A DNA stretch of 64,000 bases from the human T2T-CHM13v2.0 reference genome, Homo sapiens, in NCBI RefSeq assembly GCF_009914755.1, contig NC_060942.1. One strand, given 5' to 3'. Position 1 is the first letter of the stretch. Every line of letters begins with the position of its first letter. Shown here piece by piece: positions 27,763 to 39,935 of this stretch. The position numbers were made by a program, and so were the translations under genes. The notes below the pieces were generated by a model, which saw only the letters and a program-made list of their open reading frames with translations, was not told the origin of the DNA and did not search any database.

Positions 27763-29181
27763 ATCCCAGGCAACGTTTCCGAACTTTTTGTGTGCCTAAG
27801 GATTGCATGGTGAGCTCGTCCGGGGTGTTACTGAACATCTTAATTTCTAACACTTATAAAAGCACACAAGCTAATGTGTGCCTTCTACACCAAAATGTTT
27901 GTAAAAAAATTTGAAAAATATATGACCTTATTTTACAAAACCATTTACTGCTTAGAATCGAAGCTTATCAAAATTATTTGAAAAATTAGAAAAGAAATAT
28001 GTTTTCTTAGTGACACCATTTTTTTAATTCTCTGTGGTCTTCCTTGTGATTAGATGAGTAATTTATAATTATCCAATGCATTTAATATACTTCAGAAAGG
28101 CAAAAAAGGTAAGTTTTCTTGTTGGAAAAAAATGACTGGTACAATTAACTACTATATGTGTTTATGTGTGTGCATACACTATATATGTATATGTATATGT
28201 ATATTGGACATATATGTATATATTTGATCTTTTCATGTTACTGCTCGATATTAAACTATTTCTTCTTTTGTAGGAATTCTATGAAGTTGAACAATTTGCA
28301 TTTTCTTAAATGTCTTATTTTACATGTTTTCATAGGCAAGCAGCTTTTTAAATGCACTTTAGTAATTCACTGATATACACGATTGAATTTAGGTTATTTA
28401 ACATTCCATGGGTGTTTTGTAATTCATAAAGTGAGAGTAGTGTGTTATTTAACACAATGCCACGTATGGCCATGGATAAACTGGTTGTTGCTATAAATCC
28501 TGAAAGAAATTTCTGGGAGAAAAACAATTTATATTACAATCCTCTTTGTTTTCCAAACACAAGAATAATTCAATTTTAAAACACCACTCAAGATGCCCAA
28601 CCATTTCAAAGTAATTTACTTTCTATTTTTTTCCCTTGACTTTCAAACTCATTTTTTATACAAATTGTAAAGCATGGATTTTAAATAGGGAAAATATTGC
28701 TGATAGACATTTGTTTTGCTCAGGAGTTAAACTACTGCTGATTTCACTGCATTGAAAATGTTGAAGGAAATATGACTGAATATTTTCAGGAGACAGATTT
28801 TGTTTTGATTTTTGTTATATCATACGATCCTATTTCAGGTCTATAATTTTGACCACGCAACTAAAATTTACAGCTTCAAAGAATCTTCACTTTAGCAAAT
28901 TGAAATGGCTTCAGAGTAAATTCACTTAAAATAACTCTCAGTTTGTATAGAGATATCTATATATCCATATATAATGTGTATTTTAAGGTATATTTCCATT
29001 CCTTTAAATGAATTCAAAACTGATTTTTAATGAAAATGCTTCAAAAGTAACATTTATTGACAAAAACTTCTTTGATACGCATTTTATTTTTAAAAAATCT
29101 TTTCACCTAGTCATAACATTTAAAAATATTTCAAAAAGATTCAGATGGCACCATGAGAAAAAATAAAATTTGTTATCCTTT

Positions 29182-31417
29182 TGTTTACTCCATTCTTATG
29201 CTGCTATGGAAAAATGTCTGAGACTGAGTAATTTATAAAGGAAAAAGGTTTAATTGACTCACAAGGGAGGCCTCAGGAAACTTACAATTATGGCAGAATG
29301 GGAAGCAAACATGTCCTTCTTCACATGGCAGCAGGAAGGAGGCTAATGAGTGCCCAGTGAAGGGGGAAGCCTGTTATAAAGCCATCAGATCTCATGAGAA
29401 CTTGTGCACTATCATGAGAACAGGATGGGGGAAAATGCTCCCATGATTCAGTTATCTCCACCTGGTCCCTTTCATGACATGGGATTATGGGAACTACAAG
29501 ATGAGATTTGCATAGGGACATAGCCAAACCATATAATTCTTCCCCTGGTTCCTCTCAAATTTCATGTCCTCACAATTCAAAACACAATCATGCCCTTCCA
29601 ACAGTCTCCCAAAGTCTTAACTCATTTTAACATTAACTCAAAAGTTCAAGTCCAAAGTCTCATCTGAGGTAAGGCAAGTCCCTTCCACCTATGAGCTTGC
29701 AAAATCAAAAGCAAGTTGGTTACTTCCTAGATACAATGTGGGTACAGGCATTGGGTAAATACACCTGTTCCAAATGGGAGAAAGTGGCCAAAACAAAGGA
29801 GCTACAGTCTCCATGCAAGTCTGAAATCCAACAGGGCAGTCATTAAACCTTAAGGTTCCAGAATGATCTCCTTTGACTCCATGTCTCACGTGCAGGTCTT
29901 GCTGATGCAAGAGGTGGGCTTCCATGGCCTTGGGCAGCTCTACTGCTGTGGCTTTGCAGGGCACAGCCTCCTCCTGGCTGCTTTCATGGGCTGGCATTGA
30001 GTGCCAGTGGCTCTTCCAGGTGCACAGTGCATGCTGTCATGGGGTCTGGAGGATGGTGGCCCTCTTCTCATGGTTCCACTAGGCAGTGCCCCACTGGAGA
30101 CTCTGTTTGCAGGGTTCCAACTCCACATTTCCCTTCTATACTGCCCTAGCAGAAGTTCTCCATAGGGCTCTGCCTTTGCAGGAAACTTCTACCTGAACAT
30201 CCAGGTGTCTCCATATATCTTCTGAAATACAGGCAGAGCTTTCCAAACCTCAATTCTTGACTTCTATGCACCCACTGGCTCAACAACACATGGAAGCTGC
30301 CAAGGCTTGGGGCTTGCATATTCTGATGCCATGGCCCAAGCTGTACCGTAGCCCCTTTTGACCATGGCTGGAGTGTCTGGGAAACAGGGCACCAAGTCCC
30401 TAGGCTGCACACAGCAGGAGGGGCTCTGGGTTGGGCCCTTGAAACCATATTTTCCTCCTAGGCCTCCAAGCCTGTGATGGTAGGATCTGCTGTGAAGTCT
30501 CTGACATGCTCTGGAGACACTTTTCCCATTGTGTTGATGATTAACATTCAGCTCCTTGTTACTTAGGCAAATTTCCATGGCTGGCTTGAATTTCTCCCCA
30601 GAAAATGGGTTGTTAATTTCTGTTGCATTGGCAGGCTGCAACTTTTCCAAACTTTTATGCTCTGCTGTTCTTGAATGCTTTGCAGCTTAGAAATTTCTTC
30701 TGCCAGATACCCTAAAATCATCTCTCTCAAGTTCAAAACTCCACAGATCTCTAGGGCAGGGACAAAATGCCACCAGTCTCTTTGCATAACGAGAGTGACC
30801 TTGACTCCAGTTCCCAATAAGTTCTCCATCTCCATCTGAGACCACCTCAGCTTGGACTTCATTGGTCCCTATCACTGTCAGCATTTTGGTCAAAGCCATT
30901 CAACAAGTCTCTAGGAAGTTCCAAACTTTCCCATATTTTCCTGTCTTCCGAGCCCTCCAAACTGTTCCAATCTCTGCCTCTTACCCAGTTCTAACGTTAC
31001 TTCCACATTTTCAGTATCATTATAATAGCTGCACCTTATTTATGGTACCAATTTACTGTATTAGTCCATTCTCACGCTTCTATAAAGATCTGCCCGGGAC
31101 TGGGTAATTTACAAAGGAAAGAGATTTAATTGACTCACAGTTCTGCAGGACTGGGGAGGCTTTGGGAAACTTACAATCATGGCAGAAGGGGAAGCAAATA
31201 CATCCTTCTTCACATGGTGGCAGGAAGGGAAAAAATGAATGCCCAGTGAAGGGGGAAGCCCTTTATAAAACCATCAGATCTCATGAGAGCTAACTCACTA
31301 TCACGAGAACAGGGTGGGGAAACCACCCCCATGATTCAATTATCTCCACCTGGCTCCTCCCATGACACATGGGGATTCAAACTAAGATTTGGGTGAGGAC
31401 GCAGCCAAACGATATCA
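29182..31417 (-). mobile_element. Full-length THE1 (MaLR; THE1C/D-like): LTR 29182-29536, internal region 29537-31056, LTR 31057-31417
   Basis: Two homologous ~355-bp LTRs ('ttaattgactcaca', 'ccatcagatctcatgaga', 'gccaaaccatat'). The internal region translates to MaLR gag-derived fragments (e.g. EVQAEVVSDGDGELIGNWS...CPCPRDLW), which are frameshifted. Confidence 0.93.
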
Positions 31418-33248
31418 CTCTGTTTATTAAATTGTTCATCTACAATTTTGAAGGAGCACTCTATTTGTCCTTATTTTTAAACTTTATAAAATTTTTATTT
31501 GAGGCTTTAGAGGGGGTATTATACTTTTATATTATGAATTTTTTCTTCTACCAAGAATATTTTATGTTGACATTTTTAATTGAAATATATGGCTCTATTT
31601 TCTTGTCTTAGAAAGTAAGATATACTGAACATATTTGAATCACATTCTGGTGACTAACAGATTTTTACAATTGTTCAGGATAATACTTGCATGTATTAGT
31701 AAGAAAAAATTCTACAATTGTACACAATGTCAGTGATTGTACTGGCTGTGTCTTTCCCCTAGAAGATGCCGGGGTGCGGTGGGGGAGGGGAAGAAGAAAA
31801 AGAAAACTTAATTTTTATGGTAAGAAATCGATTATTATTCTATCCTCATTTTAAATCATCAAGTAATAATAAGTATTAAACAATAATAAGTATTTACTCA
31901 ATTCTTACTATGAACCAGATATTTGGAACATGGGAATGAAGCATAAATCATGTTCTTTAAACTAAAAGAACTTGGAGAAATGGTTGCAACAGCATGTGAT
32001 AATGCAAATTATTTTTGGCTTTTATATTATTTTATAAATGGCCAATGAGCCAGGACAACAGTGAATTTCATAGGAGTTCATAAAATGGAAACACGAACTA
32101 AAATAGTTTACCAACACTTTGGGAGAAAATGGAAATTGAGTTAGAATTTGAAGAGGATCTTAGAAGATAGGTGATTTGGGAGGAAGTGAAAAGAAGGGAT
32201 TTAAGCTGGTTCTGGGAAAAGAAAACAGCTTGAGTAAAGATGGAAATCAATGTTATTTTTATGTAGTAGAAGATAACAAATTTACCTTGACTGGAGCAGA
32301 GGACATGTGGAGCAATCACAGGAAAAAAAATAACTTTAGAGTTTAGGCCACATTGTAGAGCTGAAAGGCAAAAGAACTTGGACATTTACTTAACCATATT
32401 ACAAGTCCTATAAAAACGTTTTACTTAGTAGGAGAAATTATACAAATGAATCAACCTATTCAATAATACATGAAAATGAAATGACTTTGTTTTTAATTGA
32501 CACAGAAGTTTTCTATTAAGGTGATGAAGTGTTTGCACGTGTATGTGTGCATGTTCAAGTATGTTTGTGTGCATGTGCGTGCTGGAGTCATCATTTATCA
32601 CAATAAAAGGTTGCAGCTACCCACCTAATTAGGCATGAAGCAAGCAAAGACTGGATAAGGTGATCTTTGTCTCACTTTGCTCCTGAGACATCTTTGTCTC
32701 CAGTACTAATCAGCAGTGACGCGTCAAGTCATCGTGAGTGACAATTACAGTCCTCTCATTACAGGAAATGATTGCACGACTAGGCAGATTGATGAGTGTA
32801 TTGGTGTTCCCTAAGAAACTGAGCTCCTCCCCACCAGCCCTCTTCTTGACAACATTGCTGAATATTATTAAATACATATTTAAGGCAATTCAGGTAAAGC
32901 TTCTTCACTTGGCAAAACAGGTTATGATTGCTTAGAAATTTATTCTAAGAGCAAAATTTAACACATCTCCCTGAATTGTATCTTCATTCTGAGAGTCTGT
33001 GCTTTTCTGCAGTGCCTTTTCACCTTCAGTTTGTGCAACAGTACCTGTGATGGTGTGGATTAGGTGTTACATTTTGTTTAGACATGGAAAATAAAATAGG
33101 TAGACAAAGTATTTTGTTGAAGACTGGTTAGTTGGAAGCTGAGTGTCAGACTCATTTCATTTCATACCTTGCACTTCCAGTTGCAGATACCTTTAACTAA
33201 AACATAGTTCACTTCTTCCCACTACAGGCCAATGGATTGGCTCTAGCC

Positions 33249-33414
33249 CAGTGGTCCTCAAACTTGAGTGAGCATAGGAATCACCTGCCCTATACGCAAG
33301 GTTTCTCGTTCATTAGTTCTCCAGTGGGCCCCAGTTACTTAACATTTCTAGAAGGCTCCCAGGGGGTGCAGATGTTGATGCTGAAGCTGGGGGTCTGGAG
33401 ACCAAGAACCACTG
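33249..33414. mobile_element. MER5-family DNA transposon
   Basis: Termini 'cagtggtcctcaaactt' and 'aagaaccactg' form inverted repeats. Confidence 0.75.
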
Positions 33415-34044
33415 AAGCCTGTCTAAAGGGGTAACTTCTTATTGGTCACATTTCATTGCCCAACTGTTCAATTCCTTGATGTTCCCCAGAAGCTTTCTTG
33501 CATTCCAATCCTATATGATTTTGAGTTCTTTCTGGACACAGTTTGCTCTGTTATCTGAACAAACATTTTATCTGATGCTTTCCTTTGATTTTTCCAATCA
33601 TAGTCTCATGGTCTATCACCATGAGACAGGGATTGCTTTAACTAGAGAAATGATACCAATACTGTTTGCTTAGATTGATTTTCTGATTTACTAGTATTCA
33701 GGCATTAATATGATCTGGTGCCTGCATTCTCAGTAACACCAATATCTGTAGAACCATTCTAAGTGTAACTTTGATCAAACTAATCAGCTTGGTATTTTTT
33801 TCATGGATGGTCCAGCTGTCAAAATACAGATGTGTTCATTAACCTAGTGAAACTGTCCCAGTATGAACTATGCTGATTACTTTGACTAAAGTCATCATCA
33901 GATTGGTTCTTGGGATCCTTCTAGTCCAAACTGCTCACGCAGGGCCTAAAATAAAATGACTAAAAATCTGGCTATCTGGCTATCGCAAGTAGAACAATTG
34001 GAGGCTAAAAAGTAAAATATTATTCTTATTTAAACCATGTACAT

Positions 34045-34650
34045 CATTAACATATTTATTCAAAAGTTCTTGTCCAACATCTGCAATGTGCCAAACACAT
34101 TCTTCCAGGTGCAGGAAACACAGCAGTGAACTACAAAATGAAGTCTGAATTTGTAGAACTCATATTCTCAGGAAGGAGAAATGATAAACAGGGAAACATA
34201 AAAAAACCTGCTACCTTCTGAAAGGTTAGATGCTATGATGAAAAAAAAGCAGGAAAATATGATACAATGACTTGGTGTGGAAGCTGATTTAGGTAGAATG
34301 ATCTCTGCAGGTCTCTGTGAAAAAGGCATTCAGGTTGAGACTTGAATGAGGAGAAGTAGTCATTCATCTGTATCTCAGAGTAGGAAAGGTAATGGTAAGA
34401 CTTGGAGTGATGGTGGAGGAAAAGCTTTTAGGAAGAAGAAATAGAAAGTTGCAAATGCCTTCAGCCAGAAAAATCTGGGACCTTGTTGGCTGTGGAATCA
34501 TGGTTTGATTTTCTTCTAAGTACATGGAGAATCAGAGGTGACATAACTTGTTTTCTGCTTAAAAAAAAAAACAAAACAACACTCTGACTAATGCATGTAG
34601 AGTGCATTGGAGGAGAGTAAGACTAGACCAGTTACAAGGCTATTTTATCA
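34045..34650 (-). mobile_element. L2 remnant
   Basis: Contains 'atttattcaaaagttc...gtgccaaacac...acagcagtgaac' and 'gactagaccagttacaaggctatt'. Confidence 0.55.
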
Positions 34651-35194
34651 GGTCTGTTTTAGACATTGACCTTGAACTTGCAGCTGAAACTTTTTAAACT
34701 AAAATGTCTCTAAGTATTTCCACTAGCAGATCCTAAATTGAATACCAGGAATTTGGCTCCTGCTTTTAGATAAAACACTGTAAAAGGCATTCTGTCCGAG
34801 AAAGGAATTGCCATCTGCTGAGAAGTGACAATGAACTGGGATGGTACCAGTACATGTAGTGAGAAGTAGTGAGATTCAGGACCTATTCTGGAATTGTATT
34901 TGAAAAGGCTGTCTGAAAAAAAATAGGTTCACTGGGTATAGTGGGTGCTATTGGTGACCTGTCCAGACCCACTTTGCTGGCTGGAGAGTCATCCTGTAGT
35001 TGTTGGGAGTGCTGGCTGGCAAAAGCTTACAGCTGCCTCTGTCAATCACTCGTTTCCATCTGAACAACATTTTTGCCATTCCCCCCTCCTCCCATCCATC
35101 TTCTTTCATCCCCTTTCTCCATAAGGCAATGTTTCTGGAAGTGTGGTCCTGGAAAGAGTATCATCAATATCACTTAGTAACATGTTAATACTAT

Positions 35195-35930
35195 AACTGA
35201 CAACCGGAACAAATATGAGATATATCAAACAGAAAAATACAAAGATTAAAGTTTGAGGATATTCCAGAAATGACAATTTTTGCGCATATATATATATATA
35301 CATATATATCAATGAAACTATTTTAATGACCATAAAAAGTATTGCATTGTAAAGAAAATTTAGTTTTATACAATCAAATTATCAAAACTTATCATTGAAT
35401 GTGTACAGTAACTGTTAATGCCTTAAATACCATTGCTTCCTTTCAAACATAATTTCTTGTTTTTCCTTTAGTCATGAGTTTAGTAAGGGAAAGTAAATCT
35501 CACATGATTATTTTTAGAAACATATATACATAGTAGGAGAGCAGAGACAGAGCTTTACTATAAGGTATTGTTCACTTGATTATGGAGGCTGAGAAGTCCC
35601 ATGACACACTGTCTTCAAGTTGGAGACCTGGAAAGCTATTCATTTAGTCTGAAGGCCTGAGAATCAGGAACATTGGGGTAGGAGATTGATGTACCAACTT
35701 GTCAATCAGGTAGAAAGAATCTTCAACCTTCTTACTTCTTTTTGTTCTATTAAGGCCCTTAATGGATTAGATGATGCTAGCCCAATTGGGGAGGGTCATC
35801 TGCTCACTCTCTCCAATTCAAATGCTAAGCTCTTCTGGAAACACCCTCATAGACACCCTGAAATAATGTTTAACCAAGTTTGTGTGCATCACATGGCCTA
35901 GTTGAGCTGACACATAAAATTAACCATCAC
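35195..35930 (-). mobile_element. MLT2B-like LTR, interrupted by local duplicate 35224-35527
   Basis: Contains 'gattatggaggctgagaagtccca' and 'tctggaaacaccctcatagacaccctgaaataatgttt'; ends 'gacacataaaattaaccatcac'. Confidence 0.85.
35224..35527 (+). repeat. Local duplication pair D, inserted copy (partner 36700-36955)
   Basis: Colinear blocks 'aaatacaaagatt', 'tgcattgtaaagaaaa', 'ttaatgccttaaa', 'ttcctttcaaacataattt' and 'gaaagtaaatctcacat'. Confidence 0.92.
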
Positions 35931-36699
35931 TCTTACTTAATCAGAAATTCTGGAGATGATGGGGTCCAGGACTTTGTGTTCTAACAAGCCCTCCAGGTGA
36001 TTTTGATGCATGCTCAAGTTGAGAACCATTGAAATAGAGTGGTCCCTAATAAGTTATTTGAACAAAAATCTCCTTTCATGCTTTCCTAACAGGGACCTGC
36101 AACCTAGGATCCAGGAATGAAGGAAAAAAATAATTGAGGGTAATTCCTAGGTTTTTGTCTTTAGCATCTGGCTTAGTTTCACTAGCTGAGATGAGAAAAA
36201 CTTGAAGAGAAGCAAGTTCGGAGAAATCGATCATTCTATTTTGAACTTGGTTACTAATTTAGGTGCTTTTTAGATTTCCCAGTGGGAATGTCAAGTAGCT
36301 AATCAGATGAAGTCTGGTATTCATGTGTAAGGTCAGGATTTGAGTTATAAATGTTACAGCCTTTACTGTATGGATAGTAAGATTTAGGAAGAGGTCCTAG
36401 AGAAAGAAAAGTGTATAGCAAGAACTTCTATCTTTTTTTGCATATATTTGAAACAAATTATTAGTTAAATGTATTAAAAATACAACTAGACTGTGTTTAT
36501 GCAAAGGATTAACAAGATTTTGCTAATTACTAAAGAATTCAAGGATGATTTAGCTTTAAGGGTATATGAATAATTTTTTTACCTTTGTTACCTGCTAAGT
36601 AGAGAAGCCTTCTTCCAGAAGATGACATCTATACCTACCTATATTTGGATGCTAGAGAAGCAGAACCTGGTGAAAGCTCAAGGCAGGTCTGATCCTTGC

Positions 36700-36955
36700 A
36701 TCAAGCAGAGAAATACAAAGATTGAAGTTTAAAGATACCCTAGAAATGACCATTTTTGCACAAAATTATTTTAATATAAAAAGTACTGCATTGTAAAGAA
36801 AAACATAATTTTACACAAATTATTAAAACTCATAATTAAATGTGTGCAATAACTCTTAATGCCTTAAACCCCGTTGTTTCCTTTCAAACATAATTTTGTA
36901 TTTTTCCTTTACAAGTGAAAGTAAATCTCACATCATTATTTTTAAAAACATATAT
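36700..36955 (+). repeat. Local duplication pair D, probable donor copy
   Basis: Matches 35224-35527 and lies in otherwise unique sequence. Confidence 0.92.
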
Positions 36956-37269
36956 TGTATTCAGCATCTTTTCATCACTCACTGCCTATTAAAACCCCAC
37001 TAACAATTAAACACATGCTGGTCATAATTGTGTCAACTGCTTATGATGCCAAATTTAACCCAGTTGTCAGGAGCAGATTGCTAGAACACATATTAAATAT
37101 TTTCCTATTATTTGAGGACTAGCACCAGAAAAGAACAGGAAATATGTAGGGAAGAGGGGACCCACTGTGGGCTGACTCATTTTTCAGGGGGTGAGTTTTT
37201 ATATACAACTTTAATCCTCCTTAGAAAATTATTAGCATGATATAGTATGATGCTGATAAACATCGCTTT

Positions 37270-37450
37270 TTTGAAGTCAGACGTAATGACTTAGGTCTAC
37301 TATCTACCAATTTTATGACCCTAGGCAAGAGAATTGATCTCTCTTTGCCCAATTTTCTTGTCAATAATGTGAACACCCCATAGGGTCATTGTGAGAATTA
37401 ATCCACATAACAGAGACAAAATACATAGAATATTGCTTGGAATATAGGAC
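37270..37450 (+). mobile_element. MIR remnant
   Basis: Contains 'tgaccctaggcaag' and 'catagggtcattgtgagaattaa'. Confidence 0.6.
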
Positions 37451-37561
37451 TGGTCAGATAACATCCTCACCTCCATATCTACTGTGCCCAATCTCCTCTG
37501 GGCTTCAGGAATGCCTAGTTAGGCAAATGCATCATTAGATGAACCAGTGTCTGTTAAGAAG

Positions 37562-37637
37562 GATGATTGATTGATAGATAGGTAGATACATAGATAGGCA
37601 GACAGACAGACAGACAGACAGATAGATAGATATAGAT
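37562..37637. repeat. Compound (GATA)n/(GACA)n microsatellite
   Basis: Directly visible. Confidence 0.9.
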
Positions 37638-38974
37638 GTGAGCTGGGCCCTGGGTAAGCACTCTTTAAGAGGGTTAACCTCCATTTAGGAAAATCATCTT
37701 TACCTTGGTCTCATTAATACATGATCCTCTTGTATGTTTTCCACACACATAGTAATTGGCCTTGTAACTCCAGTATTACCATGTGTTAAATTCCAAAGGA
37801 GTTTGCAACCATTTCCTCAGTGACTCATCATTGTATACATTATTTTATTCATTTATCTAATATATGTTGAGGTCATACCATATGCTGGAAATCATGCTGG
37901 ATTATGTAGATCAGTATTATCTGTGAGTTACAAAAAAAGAAGTGACACAAATACATATGAACTAGTACAAAGATAAAGAGATCTATGTAGAGTTAAAACT
38001 AAAAGTCATTCTCTAAAGACTGACTATATTGCTTCTTTTATTCATGACCAGTCTTGTGAACTTAGAGAAAGGTAGGGCTTCCTCTTTGATGTTTGTCACC
38101 CAGTGATGTCAATGAGTGAAGATCTGATTTTGACCATCAAAAGTCTCTGGACAAGAAGTTCTGAATGAATGGCTCTGGATTTGTGCTTTATAGTCAGTAT
38201 AGTCCATGAAACAACTATGGGAAATATTCTTTGGTAAAGGAAGGAGAAGAATTTGCCATTAAAGATAGGCAGTTTTCTGCCTAACACAATGCAAAGACCT
38301 GTCCAAGAGGTATTCATCTGTGCTAACATCTGACCTCCGTCTTGACAAGATGTCAGTGAAAAATGAACTCACTGAGATGCATTTCAGATCCCTTGGGAAA
38401 AGACAGACAGAGAGAGGACAAAACATAAGGTTTAAAAGCAGCCCTTAGGAGAGATCTGAGAACAATTTCCAAGAATATTTTCCCATGTGTTACCAGGAAA
38501 AGGCAATACATCTTAAAGAAGACTGAGCTGCCCAATCAGCTTACTTCACTTCAGTGAACTCCTCCCTGAGACCCCTGTAGCTACTCTCAAAGCTTTATAT
38601 TGACACAATTTAAAATGTGAAAGATAGTAAAAGTTAATGTAATTATCCCACTGGATGATCTCAGCAATTCTCGATCAAAGAGAAAAAGCCATCATAATGC
38701 AATGCCTAGCAATGGCTCAAAAGCACAGCCATGGCCCCCCTGAGAGGATAATAATGATCCCAATAGCAATACAACCAGATCTCTTAGGAAAAAGACCATG
38801 AAAACCTCTAAACAATTAGAGGCTGCAAACCTGGCACCAGCATCAGGTAAGGCACAGCCTCCTGAAAACAGTGGGAGGCCTCAGGGATCATGCCCAAGTT
38901 CAAGGTACCATGTAAAAGATTGCTCCTCCATCATAGGGCATAGAATAGAGCCATGAACATTAACTCTTTAATAG

Positions 38975-39322
38975 AAGTTTTAGAAGAAAAACTTCAGGCA
39001 AATTAAATTTAACAGCATTTATTTGAGTAAAGATCAAGTCATGGATCAGGGCACACTCAGAAACTGAACAAGGTTTAGAAAACTCTGCTTCAGCAGCCTG
39101 AGAAGTCAAGTACAGACATTACTTGATTGGCTACTGCTAGGTATTTACCTTATTTGTGTGTGATCTGGGGGAAAGTCCCTCCTTAGAGGTTAGTTTGTTG
39201 TTTCTGATTGATTATACTTAAGTTTCCTTTTACTGTGTACATGGAGCTTCAGTGTGCTTATGTAAGGATCCAAGGCACTGGAGTTGCCTCAGTCTAATGT
39301 TCTTCCAGTTTTTTGTTTAATA
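38975..39322. mobile_element. Probable old ERV1 LTR (MER4-group), subfamily uncertain
   Basis: 'aaattaaatttaacagcatttatttgag...cttgattggctac...accttatttg' resembles MER57/MER93-type LTR text. Confidence 0.4.
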
Positions 39323-39541
39323 GAAGCAATGGTAAATGGCATAGTTAACATCTATTTCAGTTTTCCTTTACAAGGATTTCATTGATTTCCAGCAGTTAAT
39401 ACATTCCTCTACACTATGAACTCCTCTCACAGGAAGCATGGACCAAAGAAAAGTACCGTTAAATTTCTCCTTATGGGCTACAGTACTATGAAAGGGAAAG
39501 AGTTTAATGAAGAAGTTCTGAGCCTCAAGGAATTCAGCTTC

Positions 39542-39836
39542 AGCCAGGCATGGTGGCACATGCCTGTAATCCCTGCACTTTGGGAAGCTGAGGCAGGCAG
39601 ATTTCATGAGCTCAGGAGTTCCAGACGAGCCCGGGCAACATGGCGAATGCTTTCTCCACAAAAATACAGAAATTAGCCAGGCACGGTGGTGCCAAAATGT
39701 ATTGTCAGCTACTGGGGAGTCTGAGGTAGGAGGATTGCTTGAGCCAGAAGGCTGAGGCTGCAGTGAGCTGAAATTGAGTCACTACACTACAGCCTGGGCA
39801 AAAGATTGAGACCCTGTCTCAAAGAGAAAAAAAAAA
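39542..39836 (+). mobile_element. AluJ, full length
   Basis: J-type 'ggaggattgcttgagcc...gaggctgcagtgagc'. Flanking repeat 'aattcag'. Confidence 0.9.
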
Positions 39837-39887
39837 TTCAGATTTAACTGCTTCCTCCTCCTCTTCTATCTCCCCCTTCTGCCACTC

Positions 39888-39889
<2 letters not shown>

Positions 39890-39932
<43 letters not shown>
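39890..39932. repeat. (CA)~21 microsatellite
   Basis: Pure AC run. Confidence 0.97.

Positions 39933-39935
<3 letters not shown>

Larger units (their letters stand above)
35125..36031. mobile_element. MER5A split into two halves (about 35125-35190 and 35938-36031) by an MLT2 LTR
   Basis: Left half 'gcaatgtttctggaagtgtggtcc'; right half 'aacaagccctccaggtgattttgatgcatgctcaagttgagaaccattg'. Confidence 0.75.

Noticed and set aside
29689-30899. Several 60-128 aa ORFs
   Set aside because: Degenerate THE1/MaLR internal sequence, split across frames.
38100-38165. Possible C/D box snoRNA
   Set aside because: The C box is imperfect (GTGATGT) and there is no convincing terminal stem.
38640-38850. Complex unique-looking segment ending in 'cag|gtaagg'
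   Set aside because: No sustained ORF or recognisable homology, and no clear acceptor. Insufficient to call an exon or pseudogene.
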